From Trypanosoma brucei (taxonomy: Eukaryota), in the NCBI GenBank assembly GCA_000002445.1, contig AE017150.2, positions 1,129,949 to 1,193,948 on the forward strand: 64,000 nucleotides of DNA, read 5' to 3'. Under the pieces are notes generated by a model. It searched no databases and was not told where the DNA came from. It worked only from the letters and a program-made list of their open reading frames with translations. Every line of letters begins with the position of its first letter. Position 1 is the first letter of the stretch. Both the position numbers and the translations under genes were made by a program. Positions 1-12,800 of this stretch are shown piece by piece.

Positions 1-3000
1 AGCAAGTATATGCGTGTACACGTAATGTTTTTTAAATGTAAAGGTGACGCAAAGAGAAGTGTTAGTGGGTTACAAACGCACCACGTAAGGTACGATACGG
101 CGGAGTTCTGCAAGCTTGTACCATGACAGTATTTCACTATTTTGTTTATTAGCATAGACTTCCCCTCTAAAATATGATTTTTATGGTAAGGGTCGTAAAT
201 TGTGAGATTGTATTTACGGTCTCACTCATTGGTGCAAACCTCCGACACACTTTACTTCCTACCTTTCTTAATGGTCCACAATATTTGTGTGAAAGAAAGA
301 GTTATTCTTCAGCTTGTGGGATGCCTTGTGTTTTCTGCCCATATGTGTAAAGAACATTTAAAAGAAAAATAATAAACTGTTAAAGCTTAAGGTAACTTCA
401 GCCTTACTTGTTTTTCATCTCTTTTTTTCCCTTTGTAACTGTGCTATGGTGTTACGGATATTTGTGCCTAAGTTAGGAAAGCTGTGTGGATTTGTTTTTT
501 TCTATTTCATGTCTTTCGTTGTATACCACACGCCTGCTTATGTTTTCCCATATGTGTACGCCTGTAGATAACAGTGTGGGAGTTTACTCCGTGACTTTTT
601 CTCATAAATGTCGGGAGGCAAATGATTAAAGTATTTTGTTTAATATGTCTGTATATGTTTGTCTGTTTATGTGTGTGTGTGTTTGATATGTTCAGCAATA
701 TGTTTAGATTATCCAATAATAACTTCTCTTCCTTTCTATCTCTTATACAGTTATGTTGTTTACTTGTGACTGTTTTACTTTCAGGAAGGTATATAAATTA
801 AGCTGAAGCAACGTTATGTTTATTTGTGTATTAGGCGCATGAATTCATTTTCTAGCAGATGATATATGCGTGAACGCATGTGTTTAACTTTATAATGTCT
901 TATACTAAAAATGTATTCAAATATTGCCATGTGAATACCTTGTGAGGCTTATTGTATTTTTGTGTCGTGAAATAGTCAAGTAGTTGCTGTGTAACTTTTG
1001 TGTTTTTTCTTAAATAGATAATGTGTGTTTCCTTAGTTTAAAATATTTAATAAATGATTTGACAGCTGCTTGCATGTGAGAGTTTCATTCCTCTTCTTTG
1101 CTTAAAAATGTGCAGAGACTGGAATCCTTCATATAAATGATGTGAAATGCATAACTTATAAATTGCATTTCCACTTTCACATATTGTAATATTATTGAGT
1201 ATCAAAAAGGAAATGATGAATCATGTAATAGGAAGTTATTCACAACATGTTAATAGAGCAATTTAACTTCGCAGCTATCACAGAACAGGCTTTTTATTGT
1301 AATGCTCAATTGTGGAATAAGACATGCTTTATGAATTCTTGAGGATGGAGCGTTGTAATATTTTTAAAAGTAAACATAAGTAAACAAATAAATAAACAGT
1401 TTATCATTTTTGTATTTGCCTTCATAATCACTATAAGCTAAGCTATTAGTCTATTAGAAATAATTAATATGGCTACTAGTAAGGCAAAAGACGAGAAATA
1501 AGAAATTAATTTATAGGAATGATTTGATAGTTTGAAGGGTGTGTAATTATCATGTCTCTTATACTAATGACGGATTATGCTAGAGAGAATGTGATTTGTG
1601 AGGTATTTGTGATTCTCTGAAGTGATACAGCGGTGCATGGGAACTCGTCGTAAGGATAAAAAAAATAAATAATGTGCGGTATGTAATTTTTAAACCTCAC
1701 ATTGATGAGGTTATGAGGCATAAAATAACTCTTGCCATTTTCCCAACGTGGCCAACAGTCCAAGAACTAGTGTAGTACTGCAGTAATGATACAGTGATGT
1801 TAAATTGAAAGCGAAAAATAAATATGAATGGCGTAAAAAGGGGGAAGGAAGTAGTGATGGTGGCGTAATCGATTTGGATTGTTTTTCGTGACAAATTCTC
1901 TACATTCAATGATTCTAGAGGAAACAAGTACGTACCATAGCAGTGGTTACTGTGTTTCCATAAGGAGTAAGTTATATTTACTGGAAAATGTGGTATTAAG
2001 AAATGTTATATGTGAGTAGCAATATACCTCAACACAGAGATGTACGCTCATGTAATCACTACACAAAAACCTTCCGAATGTTTTGAACGCGTTGACCGGA
2101 TTGATGCGTCTCTCCAACCTTGAGTTGAAATGCACAACCCTTGAGTGTTGAGTTGGGATACATATTTTTAGATGTCACTAGAGCTTGATGTGTGGAATGA
2201 AACTCTAGAGCTCATGCATATGGCTAATGCTTATCATCGTCGTAACTTCCATGTTGGTACGATGATGTGCAGTTTGCTGTTAGTGATAGCCTTCAGTGGA
2301 TTGTATGGTAGGTGGTGTTTCTCTATTTGTTTTCTGTCACAGATGGCAATGGAAGCGTCGACTATCTTTTGTATTACTCAGAAGGGAAAATTCTCTTTTT
2401 AAGTAATGGTAATGTTGAATCGTTGATAAAATCAACGGAATTATCCATAAGCTAGTTTTAATTGGAGGAAAGGAGAATAGGAGAACTGCCCACTTTGATG
2501 TGTTGCGGACAAAGAAAAGTGAGTGGTATGCATATTTTAGAACCCAGTATTTTTCTTTCTTATCCGATGTACTTCCCTAATGTTTGGATCTGAGAAATAC
2601 CTAATGATGATTAATACGGTTAGAGTTAGGGCATTCTTTTGTGATGCTGAATATCGCATCTATTGATAACAGCAATCGATACGCCATACTCAAACATAAA
2701 TGAATTCTCACACATTAACGCTGCTTCTGGTATCGCCAACCGTTATGTTCAATAGCTCGTTACGTGGGAGCATGAGTGGATGTAATGATGGATGCCGCTT
2801 CATCAAAGGCAGCTGCGTGATACTTATCTCAGAATATGTCAATGGTGTCGTATTATAGCCAAGTTTAAGTCTAATAATTAATCATAGTGATGTGTGTGGA
2901 AAAAGTGAGATTGTACCATTGCAGTGAGTGAACCGCTTTGCTTGGGACGTATTGCATTGTGCTGTGTGATTAAGCGCCGAGTTTGTTCACATCATACGTA

Positions 3001-4983
3001 TGATATTTAGTTACTGTCAACCCACCGGATTGGTGTGGGAGGAGTGTAAGGCATCGTGCGAGCATGGGACATATGTTTCATCGCAGTGTCACGGAGGTTT
3101 TAAGGTATGGTGGAATATGGGAGGTGGATTAGCTATAGATCTCTTTGTGCCTCCATCCCTTCGTGCTATGCTTTTTCTTTTCCCCTGAAACTGATACAGT
3201 CTGGGGAGGCAGTGTGCTCAAGCTTCGCTAAGTTTTTGGAAGCAGGACTCACGACCCATCCCCCACTGTGTAATGTATGATGACCAGATTTGTTCTGAGG
3301 GAGCATCAAACCAATCGTGTACGATGGAAGTGTAGAATAGGAAGTAAAGGAAAGTGTATTATTATGTGCAGATGCGTATGAGGCACTGCTCACAACACCT
3401 AAAGAAAGCAAAGTCACTCCTGACGGTTTTGATCATTTTATCAGTGTATCACAATCTAATCATTTCTGCTGTAGAAGGTTCGTTGCATAGTTGTGTGTAT
3501 TCTGCTTTCAGAGTTGACATTCTGTCACTTACCACTGTGGCGAGTGATGACGATGATATCGTCGGCTTTCCGGTATGGAAGGAAGTATCACTTTACTCTT
3601 CTGCTCGTATAAGCGTGCTTTGTTCATCCGTGGAGCGGTGTTGTTATTGAAAAGGGGATGCTGAGTAGAGTGGTGACTCAACACTTTTTCTTGTACTGAA
3701 GACATACTAAGAGGTTCTGTCAGCAGGACAGACTTGCGGTGGCCAGGTGGTTTCGCGACCTCAGGGACAACTTCCATATTGCACAAGGGGAACTTCTTCG
3801 TTTTGAGGTGACAGGGCGCATGCTAGTGTTGGGATATCTGTACATTGGAATGGCAAGGTCTTCCAGGGAAGGAAGGGAGGTGTATAAACCAGTGAAGGGC
3901 TGCACAGGTACTGTGTCAGGTATGAAAGTGATAGAGGTCTCTAAGGAAGTGTCAGATGTGATTATACTCGGCAAGAGGTTGCTGCTCAAGGTTTTGATTA
4001 TATACTTTCCGAAACAATCAAATGTTGCGAAAATTACGTTGAAAGAAAGTTTAGGGGGAGCAATGGGATAAGGGAAACCCTCACTGGATTGTTTTGTCGG
4101 GTATACAGCATGATAAGTGGAAGGTTTGGTGGAGAAGCACGCAGGTACACCACACCCAATTGGTGGGAGAGTAGTAATGGCCGGGAGTATTTACCGTGAG
4201 TGACAACTCCAACAATGGATGCTAAGTAGTTAATGTTGAAATGTTTTAAGAGATTAGAGAAAGGAATGACTAAATGGTTGTAGGTACGTAAATTGTGGGA
4301 AGCACTGAGGGAAAATGATGTAATGATGCGACGGACCAAGGGACTCGAATACCCAATATATTACAAGAAACGCTACTATTGAGTTGGGTGCAGAAACAAG
4401 TGAGAGACAAGCTGTTTGGGTAGTTGAAGTATCGACCACTGGGAAGGGTGAAGCGTGGGCAGGAAGGATCATCAAATCTTATCCTCCTTTCAGTTAATAT
4501 GACTGAGGAAGCGAGAAAAGAAAAAGAATGGTTGTGAAAAGAGAAATTAGCGAAAAAGAATTAGTAGAAGCAATTGTGGCGTCAAAAAAGACGTTAAGGG
4601 TAGCGTTAGTACAAATAGAAAAGCAGCCAACTCTAAAAAATTGGTTTCCGACGTAAAGGAAGCGGGGACAGGTGAATAAAACTATTTAATTTGTACCAGT
4701 TTACATGTATGAAAATGACCTCATATGTGTGTGATTTGCTCCTGTTAACTCGGTGAACATCGGAACTGACACGTTGCTCTGTGCTATTGTAGCAATGCAC
4801 TCCAGTGTGATATCACTGGAACTATGAAACCTTATATTTCTTATGGCGTTGTATCAGTGCTTCCACTATGGTATCATTATGTTAACGTGAGCAGTATATT
4901 GTCACGTGGTGGACAACATGTCAACTAGTTTGTTTAAACTGTTGCTCTCTTGACAGTTTGTAGTTCGTATCACTCTGTTGTGT

Positions 4984-5132
4984 GCTTTTTTTTGTCTTGT
5001 TTATTCCCCTGAGATATTACTGGTAAGTCCCCCTTTATCCTTATTTTTGCATCTGCACTGGCTGTTTAAGCGGAACCCTTCCAATTATTAGGCACAAAAC
5101 GGTACATATATATATATTACAAGAAAGCAACA
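4984..5132 (+). promoter_or_regulatory. Polypyrimidine tract with downstream AG dinucleotides; candidate trans-splice acceptor region for the dioxygenase mRNA. The same region occurs at ~15508-15656 and ~26050-26201.
   Basis: A long C/T run (ttttttgtcttgtttattcccct...ccctttatccttatttttgc) is followed by AG sites within ~100 nt of the ATG. This is the kinetoplastid trans-splicing signal architecture. Confidence 0.55.
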
Positions 5133-6110
5133 GTGTGTAATTTAGAAACCATGACACGCGCCTCGCTTCCTGTTATTGATGTTTCGCCCCTATTTGGTGG
5201 CGAATCCGCAGAAAAGGAAAGGGTCTCCAAGCAGATTGATAATGCATGCAGGACATGGGGCTTCTTCTACATTGTGGGACATCCGATTCAGCAGGAGCAG
5301 ATTGACAAAGTACTTAAGTTAGCTGATACTTTTTTCTCTCTTCCTATGGAGGAGAAGCTCAAATTGGACGTTCGCAAGGGTAGACTTTATCGTGGTTACA
5401 CTGCCCCTGGAGTAGAGGAAGCTGATGTAGGGAAGGTTTACACGTACGAGACCTTTACGACGGGATACCATCTTCCTAAGCACCATCCAGACGTCATGGC
5501 AGGCAAACCGCTCCGAGGACCGAATATCCACCCCACTCAAGTGAGGGGATGGATGGAGGGTATGGAAGGTCATTACCGCGATATGTGGGCACTTGCGCTT
5601 GTCCTCCTGCGCGCTATGGCGCAAGCTATCGGTTTGCAGGAAGATTTCTTCGACTCCAAGTTTATGGATCCCCTTTGTGAATTGAATATAAAGCACTACG
5701 TTCCCTTATCTCAAACGAAAGAAGAAACTACTTTGCTCATTGAGCACAGCGATTTCGGTGTTATGACGTTACTCTATCAAGACGCTTCAGGTGGCTTGCA
5801 AGTACGTGATAGTTCCGGAGAGCTGATGGATGTGCCACCTATTGAAGGAAGTTTTGTTGTCAACCTTGGAGACATGATGGAGATGTGGACCAATGGCCAA
5901 TACCGTTCCACAAAGCATCGTGTGGTAGCCACAGACAAGGAACGGTACTCCATGCCTTTCTTTTGCAATCCCAATCCGAATGTCATCGTCAAGTGCCTCG
6001 ACAACTGTCATTCGGAGGAGAATCCACCAAGGTACCCTCCAGTGCGGGCTGTTGATTGGATTTTGAAGCGATTCGCGGAGGCATATGGGAAAGATTACTC
6101 AAAAATGTAG
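5133..6110 (+). CDS. 2-oxoglutarate/Fe(II)-dependent dioxygenase, IPNS/ACC-oxidase-like ('iron/ascorbate oxidoreductase family'), copy 1, 325 aa.
   Basis: A 325-aa ORF is present in three near-identical copies. It has the H-x-D iron-binding motif (IEHSDFGVMTLL), a distal His and a 2OG-binding R-x-S signature (WTNGQYRSTKHRVV). This resembles the ACC oxidase/flavonol synthase family motif NGKYKSVxHRV. The N-terminus LPVIDVSPL is typical of the DIOX_N domain. The true start may be the Met at 5151 (MTRASLPV...). A polypyrimidine tract lies upstream. Confidence 0.9.
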   Translation: MCNLETMTRASLPVIDVSPLFGGESAEKERVSKQIDNACRTWGFFYIVGHPIQQEQIDKVLKLADTFFSLPMEEKLKLDVRKGRLYRGYTAPGVEEADVGKVYTYETFTTGYHLPKHHPDVMAGKPLRGPNIHPTQVRGWMEGMEGHYRDMWALALVLLRAMAQAIGLQEDFFDSKFMDPLCELNIKHYVPLSQTKEETTLLIEHSDFGVMTLLYQDASGGLQVRDSSGELMDVPPIEGSFVVNLGDMMEMWTNGQYRSTKHRVVATDKERYSMPFFCNPNPNVIVKCLDNCHSEENPPRYPPVRAVDWILKRFAEAYGKDYSKM

Positions 6111-8384
6111 GAGTGGTTCCTAGTTTGCATTTCTTTTAGCATTTGCTTTATCAAGAATGGTATCAGGCCCTGCAATTAGTAGTTGTTTTTCAGACGTGGC
6201 TGACTTACATATGCGTAGTATCTGTCGTAATGCAAAAAGTTCTGTGATTTAAAATGTGGGTGAAGACAGTACGGTAACGTATCTAGTCAGAATGAATATA
6301 TTTCACTCACTCTTTATTTTCAATGTAGGGAATTGTTAAAGGGGTAATAATATTTCTTTCACCTTTCCTCTTCCTTTTTTTTAATTGACATCTTTGTAAT
6401 GAATGCTGTAAGTCCATCTTTTCTCATACTTTGATATCTTCATCTATTTCCTTATTACATTGAATAATGCATTAACATCTTCATTGCGATGACAACTGAA
6501 GTATTCTGACAAGCAATAGGTGTATGCTATTGTATGTTAGTTTATGCTGCAACAGAGTTCTCCTTGGAAATGCTTGTCTTTTTTTTTCACTTTGAGGGGG
6601 TTCTACAATTGTCTTTCCCCATTCTATTCTAAGGGTTAATTACGCATTAGAAATGCTACCAGTCACTTCAGAGGTATTCCTTCTTACACAAGTATTATTT
6701 TGATGCGATCTCATGCAAGGATAATGGAGGTAAATGGAGAATGAAACAACTCACATTCTCCACCCACCCAATGGAGAGCATACGTTTTACCATGGAAGTC
6801 GCGCTTGAAGTATCTCCCCAAGTAGAGCAAACTAATGAGGAATTAGCACCTAAGGGCTGCGTTGTTAAATATTTTGAAAGAGTGGGGGTTCGTACGTGAA
6901 GGATAAGGGATTTTGAGGGTGCTTACTCTTATTGTGTTTTTAATTTTTTTTTTGAAAAGGGGGGTGGTGGCCAATTTTATTATGTCACCCGACGAATGGA
7001 ATTGCTTTGTACCACGCTGTTTGTGTTTGTTACATATATTGGTAAGAAATAATGTTTTTTTATGTGAATTTCAATGCGTTTGATGTTTTTTGCCACCGCA
7101 CTTATGTTGAGTTTGTGCAATTTCTTTTCCCTCCATGCTGAACATACCATTCTCTATTATTTTCTTATCTTTCATTGTTTCAGCTTTTCAGGGGAAACAC
7201 ATGCATACCCACGAGATGGAATACACTAAACGACACGTAACACTGTGGGAGAATGTTATAAATGCATGCAGCCCAATACTTGAGAAATGTGTATTTTCTA
7301 CACCTTAACATCAATTTTTTTTTTTGTAAAGGACAAACTCACTGAGTGTTTAGTGACTGCGCTTCTTCAAACTTTTCTCCCTCAAGGCGTATTATGCAGT
7401 TGCAGAGAGTCATTTGTTTTCTGCTCCTTCTCCGCTTGCTAATGATTTGTGTTTATGCGTGTTGCTTCCTTTTTTATATTGTAAGTAATAGAAGACAAAA
7501 AAGGGGATATTACATATTACATATTTTATTTTGTATGTTAGCATGGTTGCATAATTTATTCTGCTGTAGAGGCGTGTGTTATGGATTGTAGTATTTGGAG
7601 AAGTTGTTCGACTTAAAGTTATAAAAGCTTGCCCTGTGTGTGATGGATTTTTAATTTATATAAACTTGTTTAACTTTACATTAGAATATAAATTTATTTA
7701 TTGTCATTTAAATAGTTCCCCCATATGAGAAAACTAAATGAACACGTATATGCACGTATATGTATATTTATATTTGCATATTTGTTGTTTATGTATATTA
7801 TATCTGAGTAATGTTGGTAAGGTAAGAAAACGGCTGTGTAATAAATCATTTTTATTTGGTATGCTTTGAGTGCGCGCGCGTGGGTTCATTAGTTCTATTA
7901 TCAGAAAAGGAAACTGCAATAATTGTTTCATTATTAAAAGTTCTTCATGACTCGTGTTTTTAAGTTTAGCATTTTGCTATTACTCAAATCATGTGAATTA
8001 AGGGAGGACTCATATCAGTATCATATGATGATATTTGAAACAATTTAGAGACGCCTGATATTACTCAATACTCTAACTCTTTTTTTTCCTTTCATATCCA
8101 TTGCATTTATATTGTGATATGATAAGTTGATTTGTGTTAGCATTCAAATGCAGCATTGTTATTATTAATATTAACTTCCTTAAAGGAAATTAATTCGAAA
8201 GGAATGTTATTGTAAAAGGATTCAAATTGCAAGTAGTTATTCAGATAATGTTAATAATTTATACACAATTTTATATTTATTGTAGTTGTAGTAGTGTGCG
8301 TATTTAAACAAAGGTACCACTAATTTTGTAATTACTCAATAGTTATAATGACACAATTCTATTTCTTGATAATTTGAGTCCCTG

Positions 8385-8503
8385 AATTTGTTTTTCCCTT
8401 CATATTTTTCACTTTGCTTTTCTTTTCTTTCATTTCATATATGTTTTTTCTTTTTGTTATATAGACAAGCTTATTATATTATTATTTCAAGTAATTCAAA
8501 AAG
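8385..8503 (+). promoter_or_regulatory. Polypyrimidine tract and AG acceptor region upstream of the transporter ORF. The same region occurs upstream of 19026 and 29572.
   Basis: A ~75 nt run (tttttcccttcatatttttcactttgcttttcttttctttcatttcatatatgtttttctttttgt) is followed by atagACAAG, 35-40 nt before the ATG. It is conserved in all three units. Confidence 0.55.
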
Positions 8504-9895
8504 ATGGCAATGCTTGGTTTCGAGTCGACAGCTGAATTTTTTGTCTATCTCACCTTCATCTTTTTTGGGATGTCGGTGATGAATGTGACGAATGCCATTT
8601 ACTCAGTCCCTGATTTTTTTTCTGATTATTATAAATTTGTTAAAAATGAGGAAAAAGCGAAACCTGTCAATGCATCGTTCTGGAAGCACATGTTCACGTA
8701 TTATAATGTTGTTGTGTTTACGATGCAAGTGGTTTTGGAGGCTTTTATGCTCACACCATTGGGCCGACGGATTCCTATTAGTTGGCGTCTCATCTTTGGA
8801 CTCACAATTCCTATGGGTGAGATCATTGCAATTTTAGTGATTCCTGCTGTTGGAGGAAGTGAAAATTGTGCAATTGCAACTGTTATGATGGTTGCTTTTG
8901 TTGGTGGTATTTCCAAAACACTTTGTGACTCCAGCAATGCTGCACTTGCGGGACCTTTTCCGACTAAATTCTATGGTGCCATCGTGTGGGGCCTTTCCGT
9001 GTCCGGTATGATTACTTCATTTATGGCTATTGTCATTAAAGCATCGATGAAGGATAGTTTTGAAAGTAAGAGAGTTCAGTCCCAAATATACTTTGGATTA
9101 GTCATGCTTCTTCAGGTGGTTGCATGCGTGCTTCTTGTCCTTCTGAGGAAAAACCCATATGCCATTAAATATGCTGCAGAATTTAGGTATGCTGCGAGGA
9201 AGGATGGAAAGACAGATGATGGCGAAGATGAAAACGATGCAAAGGGAACAGGGCCAGCAGACGAAGATGGGTATCCTGATGAAAAAGAGAATAAGAATGT
9301 ATTGAATGCTGATATTGATCCAGATAAGATGAAGGATACGGATCAGGTTGAAGGCACTACCAACGTTCAGCAAATGCTTGATGCGAGTGTTATGGTTGTG
9401 GTGAAACGTATTTGGCCCATGTTACTTTCATGCTTTTTTGTGTTCTTTGCGACACTTCTTGTATTTCCTGGTGTATTCTTTGCTGTTAAAGATGGATTAA
9501 ATGTTAAAAATGGATGGTACTTTACTATTGTCATTGCCATGTTCAACTTTGGTGATTTCCTTACGAGGCTTCTTCTTCAGTTCAAGCAGCTGCACCTGTC
9601 TCCACGCATGGTTATGATTGGTTCATTTGCACGTGCACTTTTGATAATTCCGCTTTCATTATGTGCAGCTGGTACCATTCCTGGTATATGGCTTCCCTAC
9701 ACCGTTTCTCTCCTTTGGGGTCTTACGAACGGTTACTTTGGTGGTTTAACAATGATTTATGGACCACGTACGGGATCCCTCACCACAGCGGGTCAACGCT
9801 CTCTTGCTGCCATTTCTACAAATGTATCACTACTTTCGGGTCTCTTTGTTGGTGCTATGTTTGCATTGGCTGTTAAGGAGGGACTTCCTGAATAA
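8504..9895 (+). CDS. Equilibrative nucleoside transporter (ENT family), TbNT2-cluster-like purine nucleoside transporter, paralog 1, 463 aa.
   Basis: The N-terminus MAMLGFESTAEFFVYLTFIFFGMSVMNVTNAIYS is characteristic of T. brucei NT/AT ENT proteins. The ORF has ~11 predicted hydrophobic segments. Between the sixth and seventh of these is a large acidic cytoplasmic loop (RKDGKTDDGEDENDAKGTGPADEDGYPDEKENK). The gene alternates in tandem with the oxidoreductase gene. Confidence 0.92.
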   Translation: MAMLGFESTAEFFVYLTFIFFGMSVMNVTNAIYSVPDFFSDYYKFVKNEEKAKPVNASFWKHMFTYYNVVVFTMQVVLEAFMLTPLGRRIPISWRLIFGLTIPMGEIIAILVIPAVGGSENCAIATVMMVAFVGGISKTLCDSSNAALAGPFPTKFYGAIVWGLSVSGMITSFMAIVIKASMKDSFESKRVQSQIYFGLVMLLQVVACVLLVLLRKNPYAIKYAAEFRYAARKDGKTDDGEDENDAKGTGPADEDGYPDEKENKNVLNADIDPDKMKDTDQVEGTTNVQQMLDASVMVVVKRIWPMLLSCFFVFFATLLVFPGVFFAVKDGLNVKNGWYFTIVIAMFNFGDFLTRLLLQFKQLHLSPRMVMIGSFARALLIIPLSLCAAGTIPGIWLPYTVSLLWGLTNGYFGGLTMIYGPRTGSLTTAGQRSLAAISTNVSLLSGLFVGAMFALAVKEGLPE

Positions 9896-12800
9896 ATTCT
9901 CAATAATTGTAAAAATTACAATTAATACAATTTTTTTTTTTAAAAAAGGCTCCATGCTGGTATCAGCTAGGAGTGGTTTTAACGATGAAAATAATAAAAA
10001 AAATAAAATAGGAAAAGATAAGACAAAAAGGGGTTAATTCTAGGAAAGTGAATAATATGACACATGGCAGCAAGCAAGCATATACGTGCATATGTTATGT
10101 AGTTTTGAGGTAAAAGTGACGCAAAGAAAAGTGTTAGTCGGTTACAAACGCATCGCGCAAAGTACGATACGGCGGAGTTCTGCAAGCTTGTACCATGACA
10201 GTATTTCACTATTTTGTTAACTAACATGGATTTCACCTCTAAGATATGGTTTTAAGGGTAAGGGTTGTAAATTGTGAAATTGTATTGACGATCTCACTCA
10301 TTAGTGCAAACCTTTGATACACTTTACTGTTTACTTTTGATGCAACACAAAATTTGTGTGAAAGAAAGAGCTATACTTCAGCTTGTAGCGTTTTCAGTGC
10401 GCTTATTTTCATCACATGTGTGCAAACGAGTAAAAAAATGATGTGAACCCGAAAAGTCTTATTACTTTTCCTTTTATTCCCATGACCGTGCTATGGTGTT
10501 ACGGATATGTGTGTAAGTGAGGAGTGTTGTGTGGATTTGCTTCTATTATTGTTTACTTGCCTTTGGTTGTATACCACACACCTGCTTATGTTTTCCCATA
10601 TGTGTACGCCTGTAGATAACAGTGTGGGAGTTTACTCCGTGACGTTTTCTCACAAATGTCTAGAGGCAAATGATTAAAGTAATTTTTTTGTTTAATGTAT
10701 ATCTGTATATGTTTGTCTGTTTATGTGTATGTGTGTTTGTGTGTACGTATTTGACATGTTCAGCAATATGTTTAGATTATCCAATTATATCTTTTCTTTT
10801 CTATTTTCTTATATTGTTTACTTGTCACTGTTTTACTTTCAGGAAGGTATATAAATTAAGCTGAAGCAACGTTATGTTCATTTGTGTATTAGACACATGA
10901 GTTTATTTCCAAGCAGATGATATATGCGTGAACGCGTGTGTTTAACTTTATAATGTCTTATACTAAAGATGTATCCAAATATTGCCATGCTAATACCTTG
11001 TGAGGCTTATTGTACTTTTGTGTTGTGAAATAGTCAAGTAGTTGCTGTGTAACTTTTGTGTTATTTTTTAGATAATGTGTGTTTTCTTAGTCTAATATCT
11101 TTAATAAATGATTTGACAGCTGCTTGCATGTGAGGGTTTCATTCCTCTTCTTTGCTTAAAAATGTGCAGAGACTGGAATCCTTTATATAAATGAAGTGAA
11201 ATGCATAACTTATAAATTGCATTTCCACTTTCACATATTGTAATATTATTGAGTATCAAAAGGGAAATGATGAATCATGTAATAGGAAGTCATTCACAAC
11301 ATGGTAATAGAGCAATTCATCTTCGAAGCTATAACGGAACAAGCTTTTTATTGTAATGCTTATTTGTGGAATAGCTCATGCTTTATGAATGCTTGAGGAT
11401 GGAGCGTTGTAATATTTTTAAAAGTAATATAAGTAAACTAGCAAACAAATTATCGTTTTTGTTTCTTCCTTCATAATCACTATAAGCTAAGCTATTAGTC
11501 TATTAGCAATAATTAATATGACTACTAGTAGGGCAAAAGACGAGAAATAAGAAATTAATTTATAGGAATGATTTGATAGTTTGAAGGGTGTGTAATTATC
11601 ATGTCTCTTATACTAATGACGGATTATGCTAGAGAGAATGTGATTTGTGAGGTATTTGTGATTCTCTGAAGTGATACAGCGGTGCATGGGAACTCGTCGT
11701 AAGGATAAAAAAAATAAATAATGTGCGGTATGTAATTTTTAAACCTCACATTGATGAGGTTGTGAGGCATAAAATAACTCTTGCCATTTTCCCAACGTGG
11801 CCAACAGTCCAAGAACTAGTGTAGTACTGCAGTAATGATACAGTGATGTTAAATTGAAAGCGAAAAATAAATATGAATGGCGTAAAAAGGGGGAAGGAAG
11901 TAGTGATGGTGGCGTAATCGATTGTTACTGTGTTTCATGACAAATTCTCTACATTCAATGATTCTAGAGGAAACAAGTACGTACCATAGCAGTGGTTACT
12001 GTGTTTCCATAAGGAGTAAGTTATATTTACTGGAAAATGTGGTATCAAGAAATGTTATATGTGAGTAGCAATATACCTCAACACAGAGATGTACGCTCAT
12101 GTAATCACTACACACAAAAAAGTTCTGAAAGTTTTGAACGCGTTGAGCGGATTGATACGTCTCTCCAACCTTGAGTTGAAATGCGCAACCCTTGAGTGTT
12201 GAGTTGGGATACATATTTTTAGATGTCACTAGAGCTTGATGTGTGGAATGAAACTCTAGAGCTCATGCATATGGCTAATGCTTACCGTGGGCAAAACTTG
12301 TCGATGTTGGTACGATGATATGCGATTTGTTGGCAGTGATAGCTTTCAGCGGATTGTATGGTAGGTGGTGTTTTTTTTTCTGCCACAGGCGGCAATGGCA
12401 GTGTTGACTAATTTTTGAATTACTCAGAAGGGAAATTTCTCTGTTTAAGTGATGATCATGTTGAATCGTTGATAAAATCAACGGAATTATCCATAATTAG
12501 TTTTAATTGGAGGAAAATGAAATAGGAGAACTGCCCACGTTGATGTGTTGCGGACAAAGAAAAGTGAGTGGTATGCATATTTTAGAACCCAGTATTTTTC
12601 TTTCTCATCTGATGTGCTTCCCTAATGTTTGGATCTGAGGAATACCTAATGATGATTAATGCGGTTAGAGTTAGGGCATTCTTTTGTGATGCTGAATATT
12701 GTATCTATTGATAACAACAATCGATACGCCATACTCAAACATAAATGAATTCTCACACATAAACGCTGCTTCTGGTATCGCCAACCGTTATGTTCAATAG

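Noticed and set aside
2620-2640. A single TTAGGG hexamer (gttagagttagggc), considered as possible telomeric repeat.
   Set aside because: It is an isolated occurrence with no tandem TTAGGG array anywhere in the window, so this is not telomere-proximal sequence.
5319-6011. Antisense ORFs (125, 75 and 74 aa) overlapping the dioxygenase gene, repeated in every unit.
   Set aside because: They lie entirely inside a well-supported sense ORF. They repeat only because the unit repeats, and they have no recognisable domains. They are antisense reading-frame artefacts.
8701-9373. Antisense ORFs (78 and 91 aa) inside the transporter genes, and the small + strand ORF at 8388-8579 overlapping the polypyrimidine tract.
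   Set aside because: They are embedded in or overlap the confidently called ENT ORF and the splice-acceptor tract, and they have no independent support.
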